Positions 42,787 through 53,071 of a stretch of DNA of 64,000 nucleotides are shown one piece after another. The notes below the pieces were generated by a model. That model saw only the letters and a program-made list of their open reading frames with translations. It did no database searches and was not told where the DNA came from. The stretch comes from a phage. Position 1 is the first letter of the stretch. Each line of letters opens with the position of its first letter. The translations under genes and the position numbers were made by a program. The stretch lies in the NCBI GenBank assembly GCA_033648345.1, contig GCA_033648345.1_4121.1; one strand, given 5' to 3'.

Positions 42787-43305
42787 ATGTATCAGGCCAA
42801 GTACAATACATCATATGCATTTGCACACAACATTTTGAAGATCATCAAAGCGTTAGAGGGTGGATTGCTTAGTCATAAGTACACCAAAGTAGGTGACAAT
42901 TGGTTCAGAAATGATGATGAGTTCAGAAGTCATAAGATTGTTTACAGCAATAATTACAGTGCCAATTACCTTCAGGATGTTGCTATGTGCTTCGAATACG
43001 TGTTACAGTTCAGGGGTTCCATCAGTCCAGAGCTAAGAGAACACATGTACATTCGATACCTACCAATGCTTAAGGATGAGAAAACAATATTCAATTCAGT
43101 ACACCACAGAGTACGAGAGAGAACATTCAGGGATATTTTAGAAGATGAAGCTGCATATTTCCAGCAATCATTGATTGATGCTCCTGATGTGTTACAGATG
43201 CAGAATTTGTATAATGTATTAGATGCGAACATCGATACGGATATCTTTTTTTCCTTAAGTGATTATGAAACATTTTTGGAAGATTTAAAGGAAATAGGAT
43301 TATGA
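42787..43305 (+). CDS. FamC paralog (long form)
   Basis: DEAAYFQQSLIDAPD; start moved to MYQAKYNT. Confidence 0.6.
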   Translation: MYQAKYNTSYAFAHNILKIIKALEGGLLSHKYTKVGDNWFRNDDEFRSHKIVYSNNYSANYLQDVAMCFEYVLQFRGSISPELREHMYIRYLPMLKDEKTIFNSVHHRVRERTFRDILEDEAAYFQQSLIDAPDVLQMQNLYNVLDANIDTDIFFSLSDYETFLEDLKEIGL

Positions 43306-43646
43306 GTAGATTTTCAGTTTATATAGTAAACGTCAGTAAAGATGGTAGTTTAATTGAATTTGATGTAGTTGATGACAATGATAATTCATATTGTATTAAG
43401 GTACAGGACAATGATGTACAGTTCAGTACAAGGACAAATTTTGAAAATCCAGTCCAAGTTCCGAATTTCATAGAAGATGAAGCTGCACGATTCCAATACG
43501 AAACGGCCTTTGATAATTTAGCGATGCATATTATTATGCAACAGAGTTTAGTTCAATTGCTTCAGGTATTCAGACAAAATATATATGTACACGAAGTGTC
43601 GATTAATGGCATTCAAAGTTCCGTTTTGTTCAGTACAAATATGTAA
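43302..43646 (+). CDS. FamC paralog (short form)
   Basis: DEAARFQYETAFD. Confidence 0.6.
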   Translation: MSRFSVYIVNVSKDGSLIEFDVVDDNDNSYCIKVQDNDVQFSTRTNFENPVQVPNFIEDEAARFQYETAFDNLAMHIIMQQSLVQLLQVFRQNIYVHEVSINGIQSSVLFSTNM

Positions 43647-43656
43647 GGAAAGTACA

Positions 43657-44211
43657 ATGAGTTCAATGAGTTTATTAGATACATTAGAAAAAGACAGAAG
43701 TGCCATTAAGAGATTAAAAAATCTTGTCCAGAGCATTGCGAACAACGCTGAGAAGTTCAGTGACAATCTTAGTATAGGTGATATAACCAGTACAGGAATA
43801 AAATCCCTGAAGTCAGATTTATTAATTCATAAGGAAGATAAATTATTATTTGTATTGAGTTCAGATTTAATGGTTGCAAGTAATGGTTTCAATTCGATAT
43901 CAACACAAGATGGTAGCACAGGATTATATCTATCACAGGGTGTCCAGACGAACGAACAAAAGTGTTTTAGTTCAGGAGTACAGAATCCCTTTAAGTTCAG
44001 TACAGAACAAGCTACAGAGCTTTTAGATGCTTCAGAAGAGATGTTATTTCAGTACAAAACGGTTCATACAGATTTTGAATTACGATGCATGTACGCTGTT
44101 AAGCATTATGTTCAGGAGTTCGAGAATTTAAGTTATCTTTTAGTTCGAACGAATACAAAGAACATTGGTGCATTAGAAGATTACATTTCAAAAGTTGTTA
44201 AAGGGTGCTAA
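43657..44211 (+). CDS. FamC paralog (long form)
   Basis: SEEMLFQYKTVHTD; start moved to MSSMSLL. Confidence 0.6.
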   Translation: MSSMSLLDTLEKDRSAIKRLKNLVQSIANNAEKFSDNLSIGDITSTGIKSLKSDLLIHKEDKLLFVLSSDLMVASNGFNSISTQDGSTGLYLSQGVQTNEQKCFSSGVQNPFKFSTEQATELLDASEEMLFQYKTVHTDFELRCMYAVKHYVQEFENLSYLLVRTNTKNIGALEDYISKVVKGC

Positions 44212-44220
44212 AGGGTGCTG

Positions 44221-44382
44221 ATGAAAGAGTTATTTGAAGAACAGTTCGATACATATGTGGATAATATTCTTTATTCCAGTCGTGCTAGTCAACGAGGAAA
44301 TCGTGCTTACAACATAGATTACCTATTAACGGTGCTGAGTTCACAGTACACCTACGCTGTGCAGAGGACATATTATGGATAA
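44221..44382 (+). CDS. Small hypothetical protein (53 aa)
   Basis: Manual translation MKELFEEQFD... Confidence 0.4.
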   Translation: MKELFEEQFDTYVDNILYSSRASQRGNRAYNIDYLLTVLSSQYTYAVQRTYYG

Positions 44383-44578
44383 TTTTAGAGATGTTGCTAA
44401 GGAGAAGTTCAAGTGCAGTTTAGATTACGGTTTAAATGATTTTCTTACATGCACAATGTACAGGAATGATGATTATGAGCAATCCGTAATTTCGTTGCAC
44501 AGATATTTCGAAATAATTTACGCAAGATATCTTAGAAGGTTAGATGGGATAGGGGATTGGAATTATGATTACGTTTGA
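44375..44578 (+). CDS. Small hypothetical protein (67 aa)
   Basis: Track ORF. Confidence 0.5.
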   Translation: MDNFRDVAKEKFKCSLDYGLNDFLTCTMYRNDDYEQSVISLHRYFEIIYARYLRRLDGIGDWNYDYV

Positions 44579-44789
44579 AGAGCCGGAAGTAGTATATTGC
44601 TATAGTGTGAAAGGTTTTGAATACATGATGGATTCGATTTTGAAGGATACATATTTGGTTCAGATTGCAGTTACAGATAATACAGATAATGCATTACAGC
44701 GAGTATTGAATATATACGAGAGGACGAGTCGAAGGCTTTGTGCATTGAAAAGGATTGAAGAAATCAAGCTTTCTAGGCTGAATAAATAG
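44565..44789 (+). CDS. Small hypothetical protein (74 aa)
   Basis: Track ORF. Confidence 0.5.
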   Translation: MITFEEPEVVYCYSVKGFEYMMDSILKDTYLVQIAVTDNTDNALQRVLNIYERTSRRLCALKRIEEIKLSRLNK

Positions 44790-44986
44790 AGACGTTTCGT
44801 TTTCACAGGCCGCAGGGGGGGGTCAAAAAAAATTTTCGCTGAAAAACATGTTAAGGTATATGTTTAATATAAAGTTTTAAAATGTGTTCACAGAGTACAG
44901 TTCATGTTTCCTGAAACAAAAAATACCCCGCCGCGAACGTTCTCCTTATATTGGAGTTTACCTTATTAATTACAGTTGAGATTAAG

Positions 44987-45364
44987 ATGGAAATAAAATA
45001 TAATGATTTTTGTGCAAGGACATGGATGTACACTGGTGAGTTAGTTACGCACTCTAACTTATACAAGGGTGATTTAAACTACGCAAGGGACAAGATTTTA
45101 AAGTACTGGAATTCTGACTTTTATTTGATGGATTTTAGTACTGGGTTTAGGGGTAAAGCAACCGAGATGTTGGACTATACAGTACTTGATGATGCGGCAC
45201 TGTTTCAGGAGGCATTAGTATTTGATAAGAAGTACATCTGTACATTAGAAGAGATGATTGAAATCCAGCGTAGAATTAAATGTATTCACAGAGAATGTAT
45301 AGACATCTGGTGCAGTACTGGTGAGGCTGATTTCTGGAAATTTTTTAATCTAGGGGAAGAGTGA
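44987..45364 (+). CDS. FamC paralog (short form)
   Basis: DAALFQEALVFDKKYICTLEE; start moved to MEIKYNDF. Confidence 0.6.
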   Translation: MEIKYNDFCARTWMYTGELVTHSNLYKGDLNYARDKILKYWNSDFYLMDFSTGFRGKATEMLDYTVLDDAALFQEALVFDKKYICTLEEMIEIQRRIKCIHRECIDIWCSTGEADFWKFFNLGEE

Positions 45365-45720
45365 TGGAATTTGATTTTGTAATATCAGTACATTCTTTTA
45401 AGAACAGTTTTCAGTACTTTTGTAATTTAAACAAAGGTGATTTAATGCACAGTGCAAATGAGTATATTCATTACACTCAGGGTAAATTTACATTCATTGA
45501 TTACAGTTCATTACAGTATCCGCATCAGGATATGCCGGATTATACAGTACTTGATGAGGCTGAACTATTTCAGGAGTCATTAGTATTTGATAAGAAGTAC
45601 TTGTGTACATTTGAAGAAGTAATTGCAATACAAAATGAAATGAAAGAGTATGACTCTTTGAATAAAGGCAATGTCAGTATTAATCAAGAATACAAATTCA
45701 ATATAGGAATTCCAGAATGA
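45361..45720 (+). CDS. FamC paralog (short form)
   Basis: EAELFQESLVFDKKYLCTFEE. Confidence 0.7.
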   Translation: MMEFDFVISVHSFKNSFQYFCNLNKGDLMHSANEYIHYTQGKFTFIDYSSLQYPHQDMPDYTVLDEAELFQESLVFDKKYLCTFEEVIAIQNEMKEYDSLNKGNVSINQEYKFNIGIPE

Positions 45721-46061
45721 CATTTGATTTTTCTATGTTTATACCTAAGATTAGTACTTCACTGGAAGTGTATTGCAATCTTAACAAAGGTGATTATGAA
45801 CACAAAATGGATCAGTACATTAAATTTAATGGTTCTTACTTTAGCTTCATTGATTATCAGGCCAAAGGAACAGTTGTAGAAAATATGAAAGACTATGCAA
45901 CTGTACATGGTGAGGCTGAAATATTTCAAGAGTCATTAATATTTGACAAGAAGTACTTGTGTACACTAGAGGAAGTTATTGAACTCCAACAGAAGATGAA
46001 AGAATATAGAAGAATCTGCATAGAGACTGATTCCAAAGATAGGTATTGTTTTAAGCTATGA
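45717..46061 (+). CDS. FamC paralog (short form)
   Basis: EAEIFQESLIFDKKYLCTLEE. Confidence 0.7.
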   Translation: MTFDFSMFIPKISTSLEVYCNLNKGDYEHKMDQYIKFNGSYFSFIDYQAKGTVVENMKDYATVHGEAEIFQESLIFDKKYLCTLEEVIELQQKMKEYRRICIETDSKDRYCFKL

Positions 46062-46243
46062 ATAAAAAAGAACAAATGGAATCATTCATGAATACAATAC
46101 TTCGACGATTCGTAATTGATATTAGACATAACAACAGCATTAGGAATGATATGTACTTCGGTACATATGATATTAGTGAATTGTATATAGCTAATATTCA
46201 CATGGTTTACCGAGATTATATCAAGACACAACACAGGAGTTGA
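46058..46243 (+). CDS. Small hypothetical protein (61 aa)
   Basis: Track ORF. Confidence 0.45.
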   Translation: MNKKEQMESFMNTILRRFVIDIRHNNSIRNDMYFGTYDISELYIANIHMVYRDYIKTQHRS

Positions 46244-46244
46244 T

Positions 46245-46715
46245 ATGAGTTTTGCAAGAGCATTAGAAATTGCTAAGTTAATTGATTTATGTAAAAAGGA
46301 AATAGTACTCAATCGTCTCAATGGGTATCTATTCAAGGAAGGTAAAGCTTATTGTCGAATGATATACGATGACAGTAGTGAGTACATTCACATGTACGAA
46401 GAAAACTTAGATTCTTCTGAAACAACACTCACTGGGTGTGATGTTAATCTGGAAGATAATTACATGTACTTCTGTCGTGATGCTGATATTTTAATACAAT
46501 ATACTGACATTATAACTGGTACAGCAGAAAAACATCTTCCGTATTCAGTACTGGATAATGACTGGGGAAGTGAAGAGTTCTACTTCCAGCAGAATACTAT
46601 CTACGAGGAAGATGTGCTTGACAAGCTTGTCATTCTGTGGTACTTTAATAATACCGATTGTCCTAGCTTCTATCTGGACTTGGATCTACTACGAGTTATT
46701 AAAGAGGATATATGA
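46245..46715 (+). CDS. FamC paralog (long form)
   Basis: SEEFYFQQNTIYEEDVLDKLVILWYF. Confidence 0.7.
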   Translation: MSFARALEIAKLIDLCKKEIVLNRLNGYLFKEGKAYCRMIYDDSSEYIHMYEENLDSSETTLTGCDVNLEDNYMYFCRDADILIQYTDIITGTAEKHLPYSVLDNDWGSEEFYFQQNTIYEEDVLDKLVILWYFNNTDCPSFYLDLDLLRVIKEDI

Positions 46716-47152
46716 GTTTAGCAAGTGCACTTAAACTGGCACACAAAATACATCACTTCCACGATAACATAAAAAGTGGTTTCTATGGTGATAAAGTAAG
46801 TGCATTTGGTAATGAGTATTATCTATCAGGTATAAAGACATACTCTGATGATATTTTACTTATGGGCCATGATAAAGACAATACTATACAGTACTCTTCA
46901 TGTAGTCAATATACTAGTTTTTTTGTATATATTCCAGGTACTAAGATTACTTTTGACACATCAAATACACCTGTTGACTTCGGGGTACTTGATGGGCCGT
47001 GGGGTACTGAAGAGTATTACTTCCAACAGAGTCTTATTTTTAACCAAGAAATGCTTGATTCCTTGGTTGTTTTGTGGTACTTTAAGGAATTGAATTTTGA
47101 ACCCTTCTTCCTTGACTGGGGAGCATGTGAATATTTAAGTACAGGGGATTAG
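46712..47152 (+). CDS. FamC paralog (long form)
   Basis: TEEYYFQQSLIFNQEMLDSLVVLWYF. Confidence 0.7.
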   Translation: MSLASALKLAHKIHHFHDNIKSGFYGDKVSAFGNEYYLSGIKTYSDDILLMGHDKDNTIQYSSCSQYTSFFVYIPGTKITFDTSNTPVDFGVLDGPWGTEEYYFQQSLIFNQEMLDSLVVLWYFKELNFEPFFLDWGACEYLSTGD

Positions 47153-47154
47153 TA

Positions 47155-47643
47155 ATGTCATTACAAAGTGCATTGAAAGAAGCAAAGAAGATTCATGAGT
47201 ACATGATTATGGTACAAGAAGGTTCAGTTCCTGGGGTGTATAAAACATCTGATACTGAATTTTTTGTAAAAGACCGCGACGATTATGATGAGTCAGAGAT
47301 ACATGCAGAAACGTTAGTACTACACACTGATACGGGTGATACTGATGACTGTGAATATCATATGTACAATCAATACATTAGTTATTGTAGAGATGAAGAT
47401 ATTATAATTTACAGCCCTGATTACGATGATTATGACACAATTATTCCGTATTCAGTACTGGATGGTCCGTGGGACAGTGAGGAATATTACTTCCAGAACA
47501 GTACTGTGTACAATGAAGAAGAATTAGATGTTATTGTAATTATGTGGTACTTTAAAAGTATTGGTTCTGGTAGTTTCTATTTCGATTATGAATACGTAGA
47601 GAATACTGTAGGGGAAGATAATGTCATTACGAAGTGCTCTTGA
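47155..47643 (+). CDS. FamC paralog (long form)
   Basis: SEEYYFQNSTVYNEEELDVIVIMWYF. Confidence 0.7.
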   Translation: MSLQSALKEAKKIHEYMIMVQEGSVPGVYKTSDTEFFVKDRDDYDESEIHAETLVLHTDTGDTDDCEYHMYNQYISYCRDEDIIIYSPDYDDYDTIIPYSVLDGPWDSEEYYFQNSTVYNEEELDVIVIMWYFKSIGSGSFYFDYEYVENTVGEDNVITKCS

Positions 47644-48064
47644 TAAAGCAAAAGAACTACAGGCATATATTGAAGATATTAAGGCTGGGAAGTTCGAAGA
47701 AGTATACAAAGCCGAGAATGGTAACTACTACAAGGATTGTGATTTTGCTACAACTACAGTTATTCTTGGGTTGAATTCCAAAAGTCCCGCAGATTTTTCA
47801 CAATACAATCCAGATGCAGAATTTATCAGTTATGCTTATGGTGGTGAAATCCGTTTTTATAATCGCAGCAGACCTTTAAAATTGAACTTTGAAGTACTGA
47901 AAGGTCCGTGGGATAGTGAAGAGTATTACTTCCAGAATAGTACTTTGTATGATGATGAAGTACTAGATACTTTAGTTATTATGTGGTACTTTAAAAGTAT
48001 TGATAGTACAAGATTTTATTTGGATTATGAATATGTACGTGAAGCATATAAGGGCAAACGATGA
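47621..48064 (+). CDS. FamC paralog (long form)
   Basis: SEEYYFQNSTLYDDEVLDTLVIMWYF. Confidence 0.7.
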   Translation: MSLRSALDKAKELQAYIEDIKAGKFEEVYKAENGNYYKDCDFATTTVILGLNSKSPADFSQYNPDAEFISYAYGGEIRFYNRSRPLKLNFEVLKGPWDSEEYYFQNSTLYDDEVLDTLVIMWYFKSIDSTRFYLDYEYVREAYKGKR

Positions 48065-48375
48065 AATTCTTATACAGTATTCAGTACATTCCAGGTACAA
48101 TTAGTTTAATGTATTTCTTCGATCATGATAATTTCCAGCAACTTGCCGTTAGAAGATGTAATGAATCTTTAATGATTGAATATCTTCACGATTGTGATTA
48201 TATTCCCGACTTTCTTGAATGCGATTACAGTGATGATCATGAAACATTTCTTTTTCAGGAATCACTTATATGGGATAAGAGAATTAATTTTCATGCCTTA
48301 ATTGAGATACAAAAACAAGTGAAGTACTACTGGGATTACTTAATTACCCAAAAATATATAGAGATTGAAATATAA
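48061..48375 (+). CDS. FamC paralog (short form)
   Basis: HETFLFQESLIWDKR. Confidence 0.65.
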   Translation: MKFLYSIQYIPGTISLMYFFDHDNFQQLAVRRCNESLMIEYLHDCDYIPDFLECDYSDDHETFLFQESLIWDKRINFHALIEIQKQVKYYWDYLITQKYIEIEI

Positions 48376-48818
48376 TGTACGAAAGTGATCTTAAGCACGC
48401 TGAGGAATTAGTTAATATAGTAAAGTTCTTTCAAAATAATGTAAAGTACTTAGACGACAAAGGGGCATATATTAGTACTATAAGTGTTGGTACAGATATT
48501 CTAGGATTAGGTAATGAATATAAGTACGAGTCCCATGATTATGATTTGGAATTCAAGTACTTCGAATGGAATTCTGGGACTTTCTATTCAATCGATGAAA
48601 GTGGGGGATACATTGAATTCACAGAAGAAGAAGTACTATTCTTAAATTCAGAATATGCTTACTTCCAGTACAGTACTATATACCCAAGTAGTGCATTAAG
48701 AGCTTTAGTAGTTTTTAATGCATTTCTGAAAGAGAACTTTAATAATTCTATATTCATTGATTTAAATTATGTATATGAACTAAATCAGGTGATATATATG
48801 GAGTCCAGAAAAAAATGA
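48375..48818 (+). CDS. FamC paralog (long form)
   Basis: SEYAYFQYSTIY. Confidence 0.65.
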   Translation: MYESDLKHAEELVNIVKFFQNNVKYLDDKGAYISTISVGTDILGLGNEYKYESHDYDLEFKYFEWNSGTFYSIDESGGYIEFTEEEVLFLNSEYAYFQYSTIYPSSALRALVVFNAFLKENFNNSIFIDLNYVYELNQVIYMESRKK

Positions 48819-49270
48819 GTTACGAAAGTGCAATCAAGAAAGCAAATGATATTCTAAAAGTTGTTAAGTTCTTCAAAGAAAATCCTGAATACGTAGATGA
48901 TGAACGAAGAGAAGTTTCTAATGGCACGAAGATTACAATTGATTCTTTATTTGACACTAGCAACAACAACTGTAGTACTATTGAATTAGCATACGATTAT
49001 ATTTCATTGAACAGAAAATATGATGAAGTTACGATAGAGCGTCATGAGAATGAAGAATCTTTTAAAATTTCTGATATTTTATCTCTGAGTACAGAAGAAG
49101 GGTACTTTCAGGGAAGTACTGTTTATAATGAAGGAACACTTGACAATCTATGTACATTTAGTGTACTATATCAGAAGTCAGTACTGGATATATTTTATCT
49201 AGACACTGAAAAACTTGATAGGTTAGTTGATTTCGTTACTATAGAAGAGGCATCCTTTGAGAAAAATTAA
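48815..49270 (+). CDS. FamC paralog (long form)
   Basis: TEEGYFQGSTVY. Confidence 0.65.
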   Translation: MSYESAIKKANDILKVVKFFKENPEYVDDERREVSNGTKITIDSLFDTSNNNCSTIELAYDYISLNRKYDEVTIERHENEESFKISDILSLSTEEGYFQGSTVYNEGTLDNLCTFSVLYQKSVLDIFYLDTEKLDRLVDFVTIEEASFEKN

Positions 49271-49793
49271 TATTAATGATTATGATGCATTACAAGATTT
49301 ATCAAAAAAGATTCGCACTATCGTACCAGTACTGAAAAAATGCAGTACTGGATTAATCGATCCTAGTACTGTTGTTAATGAGAAGTACAATTTTCATTAT
49401 GTATTACAGGGTACTGGGGCATTCCAGAAGTGTGAGGTGCGTGAGAAACACGTAATTGATACATCATTGTTTTCTATTGGTGCACCTATGTCGAATAATA
49501 CTATTTTCCTGGATGACGCAGGAAATATTCAACAATTAACATTTAAGAAAAGGAAAAAGAACAATAACATTGGTGTGTACGCGATGAAGTGGGGTCAACC
49601 TGATTTGAAGCGTGAAATTCACATCCCTAAGTACAATTACAATTCATTTGAAGAACAGTGCTTTCAACTATCTTGTACTGATCCTGACTATGCTATTATT
49701 CAGTTCTATATGGAATTGCAGATTGCATTTAACAGTAATTTGTATATTAACTTATTGGCGATGAACATCGATGAAGTATTCAAAAACATTTAA
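49257..49793 (+). CDS. FamC paralog (long form)
   Basis: FEEQCFQLSCTD. Confidence 0.6.
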   Translation: MRKININDYDALQDLSKKIRTIVPVLKKCSTGLIDPSTVVNEKYNFHYVLQGTGAFQKCEVREKHVIDTSLFSIGAPMSNNTIFLDDAGNIQQLTFKKRKKNNNIGVYAMKWGQPDLKREIHIPKYNYNSFEEQCFQLSCTDPDYAIIQFYMELQIAFNSNLYINLLAMNIDEVFKNI

Positions 49794-49989
49794 TCGAATT
49801 GAATACATGAGAACTGTGAGTGCAGTGTGGGACATATGGTTCACTACTAAACCAAAAATGGATTACCATGACTTTAAGCTATTGTTCTTCGTTGGTTCTA
49901 ATAAACAGGACGTTGCAATGAAGGGTTATATTGAGCACTTACAGGAACTAATACAGAAGAGGATTTATGAAAATAATAGACCAAAGTGA
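49771..49989 (+). CDS. FamB-like gene embedded in the FamC array
   Basis: FFVGSNKQDVAMKGYIEHLQELI; start uncertain. Confidence 0.5.
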   Translation: MKYSKTFNRIEYMRTVSAVWDIWFTTKPKMDYHDFKLLFFVGSNKQDVAMKGYIEHLQELIQKRIYENNRPK

Positions 49990-50161
49990 CATTGATAAAC
50001 TCTTCGGTATATACTCTAAAAGAATGATGCAAATATCAGACTCATTTAGTACTGAATTCAAAGAATTAAAAGTACTGATGTATTTGGGCACACAGTATCA
50101 GGAACAAGTTGTTAAAGAATATATTGATTCTTTACAGAAGGATATCCGTTATGTACAATGA
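49967..50161 (+). CDS. FamB-like gene embedded in the FamC array
   Basis: YLGTQYQEQVVKEYIDSL. Confidence 0.6.
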   Translation: MKIIDQSDIDKLFGIYSKRMMQISDSFSTEFKELKVLMYLGTQYQEQVVKEYIDSLQKDIRYVQ

Positions 50162-50705
50162 ACTTGACTTGACATTTGAGCGTGTAAAAATCTTCATTGA
50201 AACTTATCTTATGCATGAAACTATACTGAAAACAAAAGGAATATGGTTCACTGATAAATTTCTTACTCTAGCTATGAGAGGTGGAATGAAACATCTGTAC
50301 TGCACAGATAATGCAAGAATTTCAGTACTGAATTATGATGAAAGTGTAGCATCCAGTACCAGTTTAATTTCTACATACAATGATAATGTTATTAGTATTA
50401 TGTGCAATATGAATGTCCCATCTATTTCTGTATATAAAAACTGTGATAGTTCATTGGGGTACAAGATTGAGCAGTACTTATATCCTAACACAGAAGAAAA
50501 CATCTTTCAAAATAGTCTTATGTGGGATGATACATCTACTAAGTGCATATATCTTTATAATAAATTAAAAGAGTACATTGTTGATAGTTCAATTAGTACT
50601 GCTGTATTCAGTGTTACTGTTTTTAATGATAATCGTGAAGATATGAGTTATTACAGAGACATTGTAAGAATACATGCAATGTATAAGGATCTACTATGTT
50701 ATTAA
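50151..50705 (+). CDS. FamC paralog (long form)
   Basis: TEENIFQNSLMWDD; start moved to MYNELDL. Confidence 0.6.
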   Translation: MYNELDLTFERVKIFIETYLMHETILKTKGIWFTDKFLTLAMRGGMKHLYCTDNARISVLNYDESVASSTSLISTYNDNVISIMCNMNVPSISVYKNCDSSLGYKIEQYLYPNTEENIFQNSLMWDDTSTKCIYLYNKLKEYIVDSSISTAVFSVTVFNDNREDMSYYRDIVRIHAMYKDLLCY

Positions 50706-51298
50706 ATGCAAATAAATGTTGTAGTACTGAGGTTCATTTGTATTTTAAGAAATTAGTAAATGATATTATCTATATGCAAGAAATCATTTATCACAAAAGA
50801 ATGGACTTAGAAAAAGCATTAGTTCAGTTCTCTTTTAATCTCGATGGTGATATATCGTTAGATGGTGATGGATTGCGTATAGCATTTGACGGTAATACAA
50901 ATAGGGTTTTCTTTTGGATAGATAATAAATTATGTTCATCAATATGTCGTACTTTTTATAACCCTATTTCGGACTTATATCAATTGGTGTATTCTAAAGG
51001 TGCAGTTGAAGCATCATACGGTGATAGCTTTGCACTAGGAAAGAGTATCCCATATATGCAATCATTTGATATTGAATTAGTCAGTACTGATGAAGATGCA
51101 ATGTTCACAAATGATATAACAATGCAGCGTGAATCTGCAATGAGATATATTACAAATTCTATGCATACATTCTTCGAAAGAACAGAATTTGATAATGTGT
51201 ATATAGCAAATGTAAATATTTTTACTGACCTTTGTCAGTTCTTGAGAAGTATTTTTGATTTCGATGAAAGCTATTGTAAGCTTTATACTGAGGTTTAA
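50696..51298 (+). CDS. FamC-like protein (degenerate motif)
   Basis: 200 aa; TDEDAMFTNDITMQ in motif position. Confidence 0.5.
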   Translation: MLLNANKCCSTEVHLYFKKLVNDIIYMQEIIYHKRMDLEKALVQFSFNLDGDISLDGDGLRIAFDGNTNRVFFWIDNKLCSSICRTFYNPISDLYQLVYSKGAVEASYGDSFALGKSIPYMQSFDIELVSTDEDAMFTNDITMQRESAMRYITNSMHTFFERTEFDNVYIANVNIFTDLCQFLRSIFDFDESYCKLYTEV

Positions 51299-51303
51299 AT
51301 GCC

Positions 51304-51663
51304 ATGAATACCATTAGTATTACGTACTACACAACGAAAAAATACGTTTGTTGTTTACTTTCGTTAAAGACAAATGATGATATGTTTGAAATGGCGGCAT
51401 ATACATTAGAATTGTCAGAAGATGGATTTCAATGTCATGAAGCGTACTCAAATACACGTGAAGATACAATTGATACTACGCTAATGCAAGAAGATGAGTT
51501 ATTTCAAGAAAGTTTAGTATGGGATAAAAAATACTATTGTGATTTTGATTTTCTTTGTTTAATCCAGAAAGAAATGAAAAGGATCTTCGACAATTATCCG
51601 GTGAAGAGATTGAGTACTAAGCCGGAGCAGTACAGGAGAATTTTATTCCGTTATGAAGACTGA
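51304..51663 (+). CDS. FamC paralog (short form)
   Basis: QEDELFQESLVWDKKYYCDF. Confidence 0.7.
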   Translation: MNTISITYYTTKKYVCCLLSLKTNDDMFEMAAYTLELSEDGFQCHEAYSNTREDTIDTTLMQEDELFQESLVWDKKYYCDFDFLCLIQKEMKRIFDNYPVKRLSTKPEQYRRILFRYED

Positions 51664-51991
51664 ATTAGTAAAAATAATGTACGCAACTCACACTAAGTTA
51701 TTATTGGTTAAAATGGATTATAACAGAAAACATAATGAATTCTGTACATTAATCCGAAATGAGGAATCATTTACATTGCGTACCAATGATAAGCCAATGC
51801 TAACTATAAATGATTTTTCATGTTTAGATACAGGTGAATTGTTCCAGGAGTCATTAGTACTGGATAGTAGTATACATTTGGAAATTGAAGTACTACAACA
51901 GTACCAGATACTTTTGAATCGTATTATGGAAAATTATCCATGTGAAGTTGGTGGACCAATGCAATTCAAATCAAAGATGTATGAATTATGA
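51653..51991 (+). CDS. FamC paralog (short form)
   Basis: DTGELFQESLVLDSS. Confidence 0.65.
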   Translation: MKTELVKIMYATHTKLLLVKMDYNRKHNEFCTLIRNEESFTLRTNDKPMLTINDFSCLDTGELFQESLVLDSSIHLEIEVLQQYQILLNRIMENYPCEVGGPMQFKSKMYEL

Positions 51992-51998
51992 GGTTAGT

Positions 51999-52532
51999 AT
52001 GTTAGATAAAATAAAGAACAAGGGTACACAATACAATCATCTTAAGTTGGATACGTTCGAGGCAGCAATCAGTACTGCACAAGATATAATTGATATTATC
52101 AAGTACATTAAAGAAAATAAGTTAAAATGTGTGAAAACGCCAGAACGTACAATGTACAAAGATGACGACCTTCACGTATCAGTTGTTAAGCCAAAAGATA
52201 AGGATGGTAATAGAGATTTCTATAATAACAGTGGACAGTATGAATGTGAATATGATCCCGAATTTAGAGGTGGATTCATGTGCTTCAGTAAAACAGATAC
52301 TTCACATGTTGAGATACGTACATTAAAAGGTCTAGGTAGATTTGAGTTCATGGATATAGAACTAAATGAAGAAAACTACTTCCAACAATCATTACTTAAT
52401 ACTGAATACAATTTAGGTGTACTATTCATGTACAAGTACTTATATGAGCACTTAAATGAAGACTTCTATCTGGACTTAGAAGATTACCATTTAGTATGGA
52501 AAGAAATGGTAGAACTTCGTGAGAACTCTTGA
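51999..52532 (+). CDS. FamC paralog (long form)
   Basis: NEENYFQQSLLNTE; start moved to MLDKIKNK. Confidence 0.6.
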   Translation: MLDKIKNKGTQYNHLKLDTFEAAISTAQDIIDIIKYIKENKLKCVKTPERTMYKDDDLHVSVVKPKDKDGNRDFYNNSGQYECEYDPEFRGGFMCFSKTDTSHVEIRTLKGLGRFEFMDIELNEENYFQQSLLNTEYNLGVLFMYKYLYEHLNEDFYLDLEDYHLVWKEMVELRENS

Positions 52533-52591
52533 CACCCTCCAAATCTTTGTGATATAATCTCTTTATATTAATTGTAAAGGGTTATATCACA

Positions 52592-53071
52592 ATGTCCAAA
52601 GACCTATCATTTAGCAATGCACAAAAAATCGCACAAAATATCATTAAACTTCATAAGTTCCTTTTAACAGTTAAAGAGAATATAATTCTCCCACGATGCA
52701 CACTTTATGCGTACAAAAATTATTTGTCAATGAATAGCAATTTGTTGCATACTACAGATGAGAATTTCTGTGGTATTCGTGTACTTGACGATGCACCATC
52801 AGGGGATTTTATCTCATATTGTTTCCATACATCTGATAGTTTTAAGTACTATCATCCTAGATCTGATGATGATGATGAATATGACACATTTAATGTTAGA
52901 TCAGAAGAAGAATTCTTCCAGTACAGTACTTTGTACAATGAGAGAATCGTGTTTAGTTCTACAATTTTTACAGTACTTAAAGATGAACTCAATGACGCAA
53001 ATGATAGATTCTATATGGATTTAAACTTCGTAGATGAAATCATTGAGTACATGGAGAAAAATGGTCTATGA
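52592..53071 (+). CDS. FamC paralog (long form)
   Basis: SEEEFFQYSTLYNE; SD AAAGGG. Confidence 0.65.
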   Translation: MSKDLSFSNAQKIAQNIIKLHKFLLTVKENIILPRCTLYAYKNYLSMNSNLLHTTDENFCGIRVLDDAPSGDFISYCFHTSDSFKYYHPRSDDDDEYDTFNVRSEEEFFQYSTLYNERIVFSSTIFTVLKDELNDANDRFYMDLNFVDEIIEYMEKNGL

